Source of the DNA: Antechinus flavipes
Taxonomy: Eukaryota
NCBI RefSeq assembly: GCF_016432865.1
Contig: NC_067401.1
Location: forward strand, 2,108,001 to 2,172,000
DNA: 64,000 nt
Direction of reading: 5' to 3'
The notes under the pieces: model-generated
Database searches by the model: none
The model's input: only the letters and a program-made list of their open reading frames with translations
Told to the model about the DNA's origin: nothing
Shown: positions 1 through 23,900 of the stretch, in pieces
Numbering within the stretch: the stretch's first letter is position 1
Layout: the number at the start of each line of letters is the position of its first letter
Program-made: the position numbers and the translations under genes

Positions 1-390
1 CGCTGCATTATCTCGGCTCCGGGGAAGGCCCGGCTCCGGGGAAGGCACTGCATTATCTCGGCTCCGAGGAAGGCGCTGCATCCCAGCTCCGGGGAAGGCG
101 CTGCATTATCTCGGCTCCGGGGAAGGCCCGGCTCCGGGGAAGGCACTGCATTATCTCGGCTCCGAGGAAGGCGCTGCATCCCAGCTCCGGGGAAGGCGCT
201 GCATCCCGGCTCCGGGGAAGGTGCTGCATCCCGGCTCCTGGCTCAGCGCTGCATCCCGGCTCCTGGCTTGGTGCTGCATCATCCTGGCTCCGGGGGAAGG
301 CCCGGCTCCGGGGAAGGCACTGCATTATCTCGGCTCCGGGGAAGGCGCTGCTGCATCCTGGCTCCGGGGAGGTGCTGCATCCCGGCTCCC
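1..390. repeat. GC-rich minisatellite (about 17-29-bp monomers, 98-bp higher-order unit)
   Basis: Core gctgcat(tat)c(c/t)cggctccggggaaggc; block 1-98 is repeated at 99-196. Confidence 0.9.
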
Positions 391-1219
391 GGGCTGTCTG
401 AGGCCGTCCGAGCTTCCCCAGGGGAGGCCCCTTCCGTTTTGGCCAAGTCTTCCAGGGTCCGGCCCAGAGCTGCCCGTGACCCCCAGGAAACCAATGGAAA
501 TCCATTCCCTCAGGACGGGAGTGACCCTGGGTAATGGCTCCTGACGAAGGATCCCGGCTCTCCTTGATAAACTGTTTTGGGGTTGACTTGCAGTGCGTCC
601 GAGTGGCTGGTCAGGCCCACAGGAGCCCCCGTTCTCCACCCTCGGAGCAGGCGCAGGACACCCATCACACAGATACATTCGCTCTTGAACAGTGCGACCT
701 ACGGGTTCTGGGGGCGTCTCGTCCAGGGCCCCTCTTCCTCGGCGGAACCAGGTTACCCTCGGCCCGAGGGGCTGCCAGACGGGCCGGACTCCACCTTGGG
801 GCCTTGCCCACCGAGCGCAGGCAGGGCCCGCTTTGCCACAAGTAGCTGCCTCTGCCCGGGGGGGTATATTTGTAGCAGGTCAAATCCTCTGGGTGGACCC
901 CAGAAATGGAAGCATGAAGGCTCCTTCCCATTGGGAAAGGGAGGCTACGGGGACACGCAGCTGCCACTGTTCTCAGGCCGCTGACGGTCATGGAGGCTCG
1001 GCCTCCTCTCCGAGCCCGTGGGACGAGCCTGCCCCCCAAGGGAAGGCCGGCCGGGCTCCCGGAAGGCTGACTCCCTTCGGTCGGGTTCCCCAGCACCCAG
1101 AAGTTGCTCCCGAAACGCTGAGGGAAGGTGTCTCACCCAGACTTTGTCTGACTTGTGAAAAGTCGCCCTGAATAAAGCCCACACTCGGGCCTGCTTACCG
1201 GCGTGGGGGACCAGGGGGC

Positions 1220-1265
1220 TCACAAGCCTGGGGGCAGACCCGGGAGGGCTCCACTGGAGGCTACC
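1220..1265 (-). CDS. Candidate alternative terminal coding exon of C21orf58 (T)VASSGALPGLPPGL*
   Basis: Donor AC|gtgagt at 1447 and acceptor cttctctccttgaag ending 1266 give an in-frame 14-aa extension plus stop; no expression evidence. Confidence 0.4.
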
Positions 1266-1443
1266 CTTCAAGGAGAGAAGGTGTCAGGGGCTGGCTCTGC
1301 CTCCCCACCCCACCCCCCGCCATCCTAGCCCCTTTGGCGCTCCTGAACTGGACCAGCCTGGACCAGCCAGCCCGAGAGCCCCCTTCCTCCTCCCCACAAG
1401 GAGCCCGAGCCTGAGGGGGCCGGGGGGCTCCCAGAGTCGGCAC

Positions 1444-12510
<11,067 letters not shown>

Positions 12511-13019
12511 GGCAGCCGGGGCCGGGCTTCGGTGTGTGCAGACGGGCTCCTTGGGAGCGAGCCGGCCCCTGCAGCTGGATCGCGTCCGGTGCCCGGCCCA
12601 GAGAGGGGCTGCAGGCTGACCGCAGAGGCCCGGTCCCCTCGGCCGCTCGCAGCTGCCCGGCTCGCTCTGTTGCCCGGGGGGTTGCTGGGGAGCCGGCCTC
12701 CCTGAGGGTGCCCGTGGGCCTGCCCTGAGGTTGCTAGGATCCCGGGGCGGGAGCTCCAGGAGGCCGGGCCGTTACTATGTCTTTACCTGTAAACAAGCTT
12801 CTGCCCGGGCGTGTCACCCGGAGAGGCCCCAGATCCCTGCAAAATGACAGCTCGTCCCGGCTGGCGCGGACGGGGGCCGCGGCCTAGTCGGGTCTAAGGA
12901 AAAGGGGCCACGGTGGGGGGGGGGGCACCACGTGCCGGAAACTTGAGCAAAGGTTTTCTTTATTCCTCTTTGTTCCTCCGACCCCCCCTTGCAGATCAGC
13001 CAGAGCAGAGCCCAGTGTG

Positions 13020-13125
13020 CACGGGGGGCACCTACTGCATGCACTGGGGGGCACCTACTGAGGGCACTGGGGGGCACCTACTGAGGGCACTGGGGGGCAC
13101 CTATTGCATGCACTGGGGGTACCTA
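13020..13125. repeat. About 23-bp tandem repeat actggggggcacctact...
   Basis: 4-5 copies. Confidence 0.7.
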
Positions 13126-13375
13126 CCGTGTGCACCAGGGACAACTACTGTGCGCTTGTGGCCGGTCGAATCCCTCTGTAAACAGTGATGGACAGAGTGA
13201 GCCCGGGAGACATTTAGCCCTTAACCCATGGGGGAGATCCCAGCCTCCTCGGCCACAAGAGTATCCCTGGGAGACACAAGGGCCCTGCTGATGCCTTCAG
13301 CCAAGGGCCACACCCCCCTAGGGGCCCCCCTCAGGCCTTTCCAGCTCCCATGTGCTCCCTGGTGGCAGCTGCACA

Positions 13376-13500
13376 CCTAGAGTCCCAGCCTGAGAGCTGG
13401 GGAGGTTCTAGAGTGCTGCCTCCTTATTCTGGGGGGGGGGAGGTTCTAGAGTGCAGCCTCCTCATCCTGGGGGAGGTTCTAGAGTGCAGCCTCCCCATTC
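13376..13500. repeat. About 33-bp tandem repeat ctagagtgcagcctcc...ggggaggtt
   Basis: 3-4 diverged copies next to the gap. Confidence 0.6.
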
Positions 13501-13638
13501 TTGGTGGGGGGGGGCGGGGGAGACCTTGGCCAAGATCACATCAGCACAGCTTCATTTTATGGAGAAATGTATAGGACCAGGAGTTTGTGGTTCAAGTGAT
13601 TCTGTGGCTCAGCCGTCCCACGAGTCTAGGAAGTCCTC

Positions 13639-13936
13639 NNNNNNNNNNNNNNNNNNNNNNNNNNNNNNNNNNNNNNNNNNNNNNNNNNNNNNNNNNNNNN
13701 NNNNNNNNNNNNNNNNNNNNNNNNNNNNNNNNNNNNNNNNNNNNNNNNNNNNNNNNNNNNNNNNNNNNNNNNNNNNNNNNNNNNNNNNNNNNNNNNNNNN
13801 NNNNNNNNNNNNNNNNNNNNNNNNNNNNNNNNNNNNNNNNNNNNNNNNNNNNNNNNNNNNNNNNNNNNNNNNNNNNNNNNNNNNNNNNNNNNNNNNNNNN
13901 NNNNNNNNNNNNNNNNNNNNNNNNNNNNNNNNNNNN
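13639..13936. other. Assembly gap (298 N)
   Basis: Run of N. Confidence 0.99.
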
Positions 13937-15002
13937 CCGTGTGCAGTCACTGAGAGAGCCGCCAACAACCTTCTCCCAAATCTCTTTCCTGAAGCACGTG
14001 GGATCCGGGCCCCTCACTCAGTCACCGTAGCAGGGTTAGGGATGTGCCCTGTCCTGGCTCACAGGATCCCCTCCCTCCCCGCCCCCCCAGGGGCTTTCCT
14101 CAGGGCCCACTCTTGGCCTTGCTTGAGGCTCCATCCTTCGGGCCTGGCTGGCCCAAGCCTTTGTATCCGGCCTGGGCCCCCGCGCCCGAGCCTGCTCCCT
14201 TCCTGAGGCCTCAAAGACCGCTGGCTCCGGCCCAGCCGCAGCCCAGCTCAGCACTAGGCGCGCGGTCAGCCCGCACCGATTAGGCGCCCACTATGTGCCG
14301 GGTATAGGAGGTGCGCAGAAAGGCACAGGCCCCGCCCTCCAGGCACCACACCACGTACTGTGCACAATCTAGAGATAAAATCATCCCAGGGAATTAAGGG
14401 CTGGGAGGCTTCCTGGAGGAGGAGGCTCCCAGGGGTTTGGGAGAATAAATGGAGTCCCCTTAGTAAATCGCTTTGCACCAAGGGAAGCTGTTGTTATTCT
14501 TAACGCAGAGATTTTCCTGGTCTTTCAGCCAGGGGAGGTGGGCTCTCCTCTGGGGTCTGCGGGTTATGGCAGCAGGGGCCGGAGAGAGGAGGAGGAGCAG
14601 AAGGAGGGGGAGGAGGAGGAGGAGCAGGAGGAAGAGGGGGGGAAGGAAGAGAGGGAGGCGTGGGAGGAGGAGCAGGAGGAGGGGGCCCTGAGCTGTGCGC
14701 ATCTCGCATCTAGTTTCGGAACCTCCTTTCCCCAGCTCAGGACGAGTGTAGGGACAGAAGCCAGAAGGAGGAGAAAGGGTTTCAGGAGCTCAGCAGTGGA
14801 AACTGGCCCAGCCCCGTGCTGAGGTTCAATGCCATGGGCCTAGACTGCCTGCAGGAGGAGGAAGGGAGGTGTGCTCCCAAGTAAGGTAGAAGAGAACACC
14901 CAGAAGGACTTGAAGGACCCTCCCCTCCCCCCTCCTTCCCACACTGACTGGGTGGGACAAACAATTCATGAAAGCCACATCCCACAGGATTGTTCTCTCA
15001 GC

Positions 15003-15180
15003 CTGGAGGAGCCCGGGAGGAGGAGTCCTGGGGAGGAGCCCTGGAGGAGGAGTGCTGGGGAGGAGCCCTGGAGGAGGAGTGCTGGGGAGGAGCCCTGGAG
15101 GAGGAGTGCTGGGGAGGAGCCCGGGAGGAGGAGTGCTGGGGAGGAGCCCTGGAGGAGGAGTGCTGGGGAGGAGCCCGGGG
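15003..15180. repeat. 27-bp tandem repeat, about 6.5 copies
   Basis: ggaggagccc(t/g)ggaggaggagtgctgg; gives the EEPWRRSAG periodic ORF. Confidence 0.9.
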
Positions 15181-16664
15181 TAGCGGAGCCTGCTTTCCCA
15201 AGCAAACATCTGTCCTGTTTGCTTTCCATGAGTCATGGGGGTGCTTCTGGGTACAAATCAGGCCTCAGACTCCAATGAGCTATCGAGGTAGCGGGTCCAC
15301 TTTCCCGGTTCCAGACCGCCAAAGCGACGGGGCATGGGGGAACCCCCAAAGCCTTCTGGGGTCCGGCCAGTGTCCACCAGTCATCAGGGATGGTGGGCTT
15401 CCGATCGAGGGGCCGGGAGAGCCGGCAGAGTCCTGAGAGGCGAGCTAACAATCGTAACGGGTGGAGTTCACAACAGAGCAGGGGAAGATGCCCTAAAAGT
15501 GTGGCAAGTGGGGGGCTCCGGGGCCAGCCCTACAGGACAGTTCAGGGTCCTCGGGGTGTTAGCTGGGGTGATGCCAGCAGACGAGTTAGTTAAAAGCTGG
15601 GGAGCGTCACGAGCAGAGCTCAGGGAGCAGCAAGGTTCCAGATAATTCAGGCGCTCCCTCGGGACTCAGTTTCCTCATCTGCAAATGAGCCGGAGCAAGA
15701 AATGGCCAACCGCCTGGGACAGCCTAAAAACACAACACGCGGATGCAAATGAGCCGGAAGCCAGAAGTATCTGATCAACCCCGAGATCCCGGCTGCTCAG
15801 CTGGAAACGAGTCTGGCAGAAGGAGGGGAGAGATCCCGGCAGGGGCGCAGCCAGGTTCAGAGGGGGTGGGGAAAGAGTTTATCAATAAATGAAAATGCAG
15901 AGAACATTACGTTTTTAAAAATAGCCTTTTGTTTCCAAGTTTCATGCATGGGTAATTTTACAGCATTGACAATGGCCGAACCTTCGTTCCAATTTTTCTT
16001 CCCCCCCCCCCGCCCCCTCCCCCAGCTGGCAGGATGACCAGAAAGGGAGCGTTGCCCCTGCCTTCTGCTGCCATGGGAAGGGTCCTCCAGGGAGGGTTAT
16101 ATTGCTGGAGGACCTGAGGCAAGACAGAGATTAGGTTTTTAATATTTGAATAGTGGAGAATTTGGGCAGGCCATCGAACGGGTCTCATGTCCAAAGATGG
16201 CCGACCCCTAGTCCGCTGAATGGGACTCTCCAAGCATCCAGGGATTTTCATAGGGCTCCAGTTAGCGGGAAAACAAAGGCAAGGGGGGAGAACATTGGGT
16301 CAGTCATAATTTCAGGAAGGACATAAATTCTGATAAGAAGGTCTAGAGGCAGAAAGTCTGGGACCAACAGGACCGCGACACTGCCCGGGCATCTGAGATA
16401 AGCCGGCGGGGGTTTTTCTGGAACATTCCAGGGAGTGACCAGAGCTTAATGGGGTAAGGAAAGGGGGGGTGGCCATAATATTTAAGGTATAGCATAATAA
16501 TTCAGGGAAACTGAGGCAGAGAAACTGAAGATTACAGGGTCATAGAAGATAAAGCTTTTCAGAAATAAAACCAATTCAGCTAAAATTAGAAGCCCATGAG
16601 TGGAAAACGTTTCCATATTGTATGCCTCAGTTTGTATTACTACACAAGAGGGGCTCAGGGCCTT

Positions 16665-17000
16665 TATTTATTATTATTATTATTATTATTTAATAACTTT
16701 TTATTGCTAGAACCCAGGCCAGGGTAATTTTTTACAGCATTATCCCTTGCATTCACTGCTCAGGGCCTTTCACAGCACTAGGGCGGCTCCAAGGGCTAGG
16801 TGCCATTCGGACCTGCCTCCTAATTTCAGATGAGGAAACTGAAGGATCCAGGGACCCCCAGAAAACAGACTCAAGCACTTTTTCTTTATTATTCTATCTT
16901 TTTATTGCCAGAACATGTGCAGGGAATTTTTCAGCACTGACCCTTGCAAAACCTTCTGTTCTAACTTTCCCCTCCTTCCCTCTCCCCCTCCCCCCATGGA
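16665..17000 (-). mobile_element. Short marsupial L1 3'-end stubs
   Basis: taataactttttattgctagaacccaggccagggtaattttttacagcattatcccttgc matches the L1 3' end at 40093-40155. Confidence 0.65.
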
Positions 17001-17339
17001 GGTAGACCAATACTTGTTAAACATGTTAAAGTATGTTAAACACAATTCAGATCGCCGGGGCCTCAGTTTCCCCTTCTACCAAAGGAGGGTCAGCCTCTGA
17101 GCGCTGGTTCCCCACCCCCCACCCCGTAGCCTCGGACCAGTTCCTGCCCCTGGGCCTCAGTTTCTCAGTTTGCCCCTCGTGACCCGGGCCCACCACGGGT
17201 CCCCAGGGCAGCGGGGAAGAGTGGGGGAGGTTCTTGATCTCTGCCCCGCCCCTAGCCCCACCCCGTCTCGCTCGGTCCTTCCCCGGGTTTCCCGGGTTTC
17301 GGACTCTACACCCGCTCCCAGTCACAGCCCCGAGGTCTG

Positions 17340-17830
17340 GACCGCCGCCTCCGTCCTTTTCCCGCCCGCGCCTCTGATTGGACAACGCGTACCATCGGCG
17401 TGAGGCGGGCCCTTTGAAATTGGCCAAACAGAACGCGCGGCTTGGTCGTCGTCCGTAGCTTATTGGCCGATTCTTTCATGTGGCGGGCGGAGCTCGGACT
17501 GCGCGGAAAAAGGGAGCCCTAGAGGGCGAGGCAAGCTTTCCTGTCAATCAGAGCTCTGCTCCGGCGGTTGGCTGGGCGAGGTCGGGCTTCCAGGAGAAGA
17601 GCGACCCGTTCAAGCCTGTGATTGGCACGGTAGACCCGAACGGCGTTCCCTTGTTGGCCAGTGGAGACATCCATCTGTGGAGACGCCGATGGGCGTGGGC
17701 GAGAAGGCGAGAGAGCGAAAGACGCCGCCGGAGCTCAGGAGGGCGCGGCGAAGGCAGGGGCGGGACCACGCTGCCTCCCACCCCCTCACTCCCGGTCAGT
17801 TACGGGGGCGGGGCTCAAAGGGGGCGGGGC
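17340..17830 (+). promoter_or_regulatory. PCNT CpG-island promoter with E2F, CDE/CHR, NF-Y and GC boxes
   Basis: TTTCCCGC 17358-17365; ATTGG at 17377, 17419, 17462 and 17621; GGCGG 17404-17408, 4-nt spacer, TTTGAA 17413-17418; GGGGCGGGGC 17821-17830; high CpG density about 17200-18450. Confidence 0.8.
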
Positions 17831-17909
17831 GGCTGTGTCAATACGGCGGCTGAGGCGGCGGCTGAGGGTCGCGACTGCCCCGGAGCCCCGCGCGCATCCT
17901 CGCCGGACC

Positions 17910-17966
17910 ATGGAGGCCGTCGAGAGAGACGAGCGGCGGCGCAAGGTGGAGGCCGGCCGGGCAAAG
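17910..17966 (+). CDS. PCNT: PCNT exon 1
   Basis: gaccATGG Kozak; donor AAG|gtaggg. Confidence 0.95.
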
Positions 17967-20900
17967 GTAGGGCCGACTCCTACCTCCGCGTGGGACCCCC
18001 GCGCGCCAAGCCCGGGAGTGGGAGGCCGAGGGGCCCGAGGAGGGGAGAGAAAGTTGCGGTTCCGAGAGAGCGGGCGGGTGCGGCCCGGCTTGGGGCCCGG
18101 TAGCTTGGCAGAGCCCGATCCCTGCCGGGGGCCGCGCCTCTCCCGCGGTCTCGCCCGGAATTCTCCACCTTCTGGCCGCCGCCATCTTGAATCCGCCGCT
18201 CTTTCCTAAGCACCGCCCCCTGCTTGCCTGCCAATAAACGTGGGGCGGAGGCGGGATCAGGCCTGCTTCGCGAGCCCCCCCCCCCCTCCGCCCTCCGGGG
18301 CTTTGACCGTGACCACCGAGTCTCTCGGTCCTCCGACATACTAGAATGGTCCCGGAAGTGCAGTAGTCCGGCCGGAAGCCAACAGCATGTATTTCCTGCT
18401 GCTCTTGGGGCGCGCCCTCGGGGCTGTGGGTAGGGTTTGGGGCGGGATTGAGGAGGGGGCGTGTGCTAGGAGGGCATCCAGAGCTGGGGCCGGAGGTTTT
18501 TTCCTGAAAGCCCCACCCCGGAACCGAGAGTGACCTTTAAGGTCTTGGTGTTCTTCCTCATTGTACAGAGGGAGAAATTGAGGCCAGCCTGAGAGGGCCA
18601 GGGGTCTCCTGGTTGTCGACCTCCCAAGCCAACTGTTGCAGCCCCTCCCTTTAACAAGTGGGGAAACTGAGGCCTGGCCACAAAAACTCAGTGCTTGGTG
18701 CAGTCGTCATGGCCCAATGTCCATCTAACTGCTTGGACAGATGAGGAAATTGAGGCTGCTTGAGCAGGCAGGGACCTCGCGGGCCAGCTCCTCGAGCCCC
18801 ATCCTTTAGAGAGGTGGGCCAGTGGTCTGCCTCTGTTCCCCACCAGGCCTGGGGAGGCCAGACCTCCCCCTCCAGGAAGGGGATGCGTCCCTGAGCCTGT
18901 AAAATGAGGCAGCCGCCCCAGGTGACCAGCAGTCATGTGCTGGAGCAGGACAGTCATCCCTCCTAAGGTCTGGCCTGTGGGGCAGGCCCTGGAGGAGGGG
19001 GAATCGTGCCAGCCACCCGGGGGCTCTGCCAGGCGCTGGAAGGACACTCTCGTGGGCACGTCTGATTGGCTTGGGCAGCTGTCATTAGCAGATGGCTTAG
19101 TCAATAGAGGGGGAAACTGAACTCCCCCCCCCCCCCCCTGTTGCTCCTCACAACCCGACGAATCTGCCTACCTCCTGGTCGGGGAGCCTTGATTTTCGTC
19201 TGGGCGGTCCTAGGCACCAGGATGGGGAGGGAGGTGCTGAACCAAGTCACCTCTCAGAGCTGAGCCTGCTTCCCAAAAGAAAGGAGAGTCGGCCATTGAG
19301 AGTCAGTCCCGATGACTCTTCGAAAGAGCCGTGTGTAAGTCGTGTCCATAAAGCTTCTGATACTGTACTTTAGATCGGAAAAACCAGAGCTGGCATTAAA
19401 GAGCAGTTTTCCCCGAGATGACCTTGGCTCTCGTGCTTTTGAAATATTAATGGAAAATTCTGGCTCGATGCAAGCAGTGTAGTTTAAAAGACTAATTGAC
19501 TCTCAGCTCAAGAAGCTAAGGAGAGATGGGTTGTGATGGGTGACATTATTTGGAGGTCCCTGGTGCTTTGTGAGCTGTGATAGGTCAGAAAATAGAACAT
19601 CTGGTTTCTCAAAGAAAGAGGAAATTGACCTAACTTAATTAATTTTCTGCTATTTCGGTACCCGTCTCTCAGAATCTGTGGCGAGGAAATTTACTCTAGA
19701 TTTTCTGATGCGGGGGGCAAGATAACAAAAGGGAAAGATTGGCCTCTCGCTTCATTTCTGTTCCCGCTGAAGTTAACTGCCACTTGATAAGTTCCTGCAA
19801 GTGACCAAGTCTGGCAGGCTGTTCCGTCTGCTCTTTGTATAAGGAAATTAGGAAGGACCCTAATAAACCGGGGACTCGGATGTCATTTTTGTTTATATTC
19901 GAGGCTGCCAAGCCATCACCGGCTGTGTGATGGGTTCGGTCAGGGCTGTCGCCTTGCTCGGCTACCTGGGGCAGAACAAGCCTCAGTGGTGAGGGGCTCC
20001 AGGCGTGTGTTTATGGACAGTCATATTCAGATACTCCATGTCTTCTTCCCCGGGTGTGGTAACTTTGTGGTCTTGTTATTTTTTTCTCACTTATCTCTGC
20101 CTCTACTATTTCTTAACTTTCTTGTGTAGCTTGCTCAGTTCCGACAAAGAAAGACAAAAAGCGACAGTACGGGTCCGAAGAAAAAGGCGTCGAAGAGGAA
20201 GAACGCGACTGTCCATGCGGCTGTCGAGGAGAAGGAGAAGGAGTGTGCGGTAGCGAGCCCGGGTGGCGAGCTCCCTTCGGACCTGGAACAGAGTATGGAC
20301 AACGGGGCGGGCGGCGACGCTGCAGAGTGGGTAAGCGGAGCCCCGGAGGCCACGTGGAGCGGTTTGTGGAGTGTGGCCTGTGGCTGTTTGTTTGCTTTGC
20401 TTGATGATTTGTCGTGACAGTGCCTCCGTCGTACCTCACTAACCTCTCCGTGTTTGGTCTGTTTTTGGCTGCCGTAAGTGGGAGGATGGGTTTCTTGTTT
20501 CCAAAAGGTGAGTGGTGCTCTCTTTTCCCTGATGTTTTGTACCTCGTGACATGATCATTTTGAGAAACTCTTAGGCCTAGTTGTTGGGTACATGTTTGAG
20601 AGCATTAACTGGCCCCGCACGGTTGGGTTTCCTCCTAATTCCAATGAAGAACTCCCCAGTTGTCTTTCCCTCTTCCGCTTCCCCTTTATTTTGCTGCCCT
20701 TAATGTGAGTAGGGACCGGTGACCGATCCCATGGGGCTTCAGTGGCCTGACTTCTTCCCCGGGGCGAGGGTGAGCAGCTTCACAGCAGAAGCTCTGCGGG
20801 AGGAAGAGGAGGGGAGAAAGAGGAGGAAGAGTTTTGTCTTGCTTCGTTCAAGATGCTAAGCAGAAGAGAGAAAAGGGGATGATGTCAGTCAGTTGTGTGG

Positions 20901-23900
20901 AGGAAATGTGGCAGGAGTAACTGCTTTGGGGAATTCCTGGTTAAGGGTTCCGCCTCAGCTAATGGAGGCCAAGCTTCTTGGCCCTGGGCTTCATGCTGGC
21001 GCCTCTGTGGGCTGCAGGGCTTCCCTTAAGGCGTGGGGAACGGGACTGCTCAGCTCAAATCTTACAAAGAGAAGCCTTTGAATTTTCCCCCTTTTTTTTG
21101 CTGAGGCAGTTGGGGTTAAATGACTTGCCAGCTCACACAGCTAGGAAGTGTTAAGTGTCTGAGGCCAGATTTGAACTCAGATCTTCTTGATTTCAGGGCC
21201 AGTGCTCTGTCCACTGCGCCCCCTAGCTGCCCTGAATTTTTCCTTTTTAAAAACAATCGGGAATGGGAACTAGACTGAATTTATTCCAAAGGAAAACAAG
21301 AAAACCTCTAAATGCAGAACTGTTGATAGCATCCCGAAATGAAAATGGCCACTTATCACTGCAGTCTTCTGGGCCTGTATATTGATGGCAGTTTCCTTAA
21401 TTTCAGCTATTTTGAATGGTCACTTTTCCTTTTATTTGCAGGGACTTGCAAGTAGTAGATGCGGAATAAATATTTGTGGGTTGATTTTATCTCCAACCAG
21501 TTTCCCTGCCGCCCATCCCTGATACATGAACATTTTATTCTCTTCCTTTGGGAAATTCAGGCAAGCAGCTCGCATGGGCAGTGGGAAAGTGGAGCTGTGA
21601 GTGGCACAAAGTGCCGTCCTGTCCCCGTGCCGGCGACTGGCAGAGGACGTATCCCGCCCCGCCGCCGTACCTGCTGCCGCTGCCATTTCTCTTTAGGGAG
21701 CAGCTGGAGATGTCATTGACTCTACTTTCTCCTTAACCCTCTTTATCCCTTAATTGATAAGGCTGAGAGGGAGCTTTGTCAGTGACAAACTCTACCCCCA
21801 AAAAGTTCCCAAAAGGCTGAGAGGAGGAATATTGAAAATTCTCTTTACATGTTATTGAAAAAAGGCAAAATATTATTAAGCCAGGAAAGGAAAAGATTTC
21901 ATCCTCAGAAGCTGCTGCAGAATTGCAGTGGACTTTCCTTCTAGACCTTGCAAGCAATGAATGGAAGGTTTCCTCTGGGCTGCCTTCCCTCTGCTAAAAT
22001 TCGCCCCTCGTACAAGGTTGCCCCTGTGCTTTCTGCAGAATTAGTTCTAAAGCCATCCTTGCTTCGCCGTTTGGCCGGGAACCCGCCAACGCCGGCCTGG
22101 GGGTCTCGGCGCTGTCCCCGCCGGCTCTTTCGAGGTGCTCGATGCGACGTGAGCTGGTGGCCAGTGTGTGTGAAACGCTGGTGTCTTTCTCTGTACAGGA
22201 CAGCGGGTCTTTCTTGGGCGTAGATCCCAGCGTGCCTGAAGTCCCGAAGACTCGGGGGGAGATGAAGGTGCTGGAAGAGAAGCCCGAGGGCAAGCAGGAC
22301 GACGCTGACCTGCCGAGTCAGCAGGCGGCCGAGTTTCCGCCGTGGCTGGCCTGGTGCTCGGAGGCCTCCCAGCTGCAGCAGGTAGGAGCCCGTCGCCCTG
22401 CAGAAGAGCCCAAGGGAGGGCGGGGGAGGGGGGGGAGGAGGGGGAGCACCTTCCCGGGACTCTTGGAGAGGCTGCGTCAGGTCTGTGATATTGGAGGAAA
22501 GAGAGGGCTCTGCTGAGGGTGGGAGGGTCCGAGGGCATGCAGGAGGCCCCGGGCGGTGGGAGCCAGCCTTGGTCTTGATGCCAGTCCTGTGGCTCTGGTC
22601 GGGGAAGGGCGCTGTGAGCTTTGGGAGGGGACGGGTCCTTCGTATAGCCTTTCACACTGGGATCGGGATGAATTTCTTTTGAGTAGTTGGCTTGTTTTGT
22701 TGAATGTAAGCTCCAGGAGGCCCAGGGCCGTCTTGCTTTGGCATTCGTAGCCCCAGTGCTTGGCATAGAACGTGTGTTTAGACATTTCATCTGTGGATTT
22801 CTTCATTGTGTTTGGCTGCTGTTGACAACAGCCTTTTCTTAGTGTAGAATAAGCGAAGGTCAGTGATGGGCCAGAAGCATGTTAGGCTGGTTCAGGCTTC
22901 ACCTGAGTGGCCGCTTCTTACAGTTTTCTGTCTTTGAGGATGCAGGCCGTGTGGGCCGGCGGCCTCAGTCGGGAGCGAATTTGGGATTCCCGCTTTCTGT
23001 TTCTGCGTCTCCCCTGCTGGCTCCTGAAGGGCAAACAATGCACCTTGGTTTTTGTTGGTTTTTCTTTTTTTCAAATAATAGCTTTTTTACTTTTCAAAAC
23101 ACGTGCAAAGATAGTTTTCACTCTTGCAAACCCTCCCCCTCCCTTAGACAGCAAGTGATCCAATATAGGTTAAACAATTCTTCTCTATATATTTACACGA
23201 TTATCGTACCTCACGAGAAAAATCAGATCAAAAAGGTGAAAACGCCACGTTGGGCTCCCCACTCGGTCCCCCCAGTCTCTCTCCATCACAAGTCTTTTGG
23301 AACTGGCCTGAATCAGCTCATTGTTGAGAAGAGCCACGTGCATCAGAACTGATCATCGTATAGTCTCGTTGTTGCCGTGTGCCATGATCTCCTGGTTCGG
23401 CTCATTTCCCTCAGCATCAGTTCCTGTCAGTCTCTCCGGCCTCTCTGAAATCCTTCTGATCATTTCTTACGGAACAATAATATTCCACAACACTCGTATA
23501 CTACAATTTATTCAGCCATTCTCCATGATGGGCTCTACTCAGGTTCCAGTTTCTGGCCACTACAAAGAGACCTGCCACAAATGTTTTTGCACGTGTGGGT
23601 CTTTTTTCCTCCTTTAAGATCTCTTTGGGATACAGGCTCAGTAGGAACACTGCTGGCTCAGAGGGCATGCACAGTTTGATCCAGTTTGCTCTTCACAATG
23701 GCTGGATGTATTCACAGTTCCACCAACAATGCATCAGAGTCCCAGTTTTCCCACATCCCCTCCAGCATTCAGCATTATCTTTTTCTGTCATCTTAGCCAG
23801 TCTGAGAGGCGTGCAGCGGTGCCTCAGAATTGCCTTAATTTAGAATGCATTTTGTTCTGGGGGTTATAGCAGGGGGCCCAGCTTAGCCATAGAGTAAATA

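Noticed and set aside
1171-1176. Plus-strand AATAAA suggesting the 3' end of the syntenic neighbour YBEY
   Set aside because: No YBEY-like coding sequence was recognised in the window; a lone hexamer is insufficient
15680-15760. Duplicated tgcaaatgagccgga with an octamer ATGCAAAT and an ETS core
   Set aside because: The first copy derives from a MIR-like segment; short motifs with no supporting context
15230-16620. Possible ERV/env-like remnant on the minus strand (DPFDGLPKFSTIQILKT-like peptide)
   Set aside because: No diagnostic gag/pol/env motif, LTR pair or PBS could be established; needs RepeatMasker or BLASTX
21442-21520. Strong acceptor followed by AATAAA (possible intronic polyadenylation after PCNT exon 2)
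   Set aside because: The AATAAA belongs to a typical L2 tail; no other support
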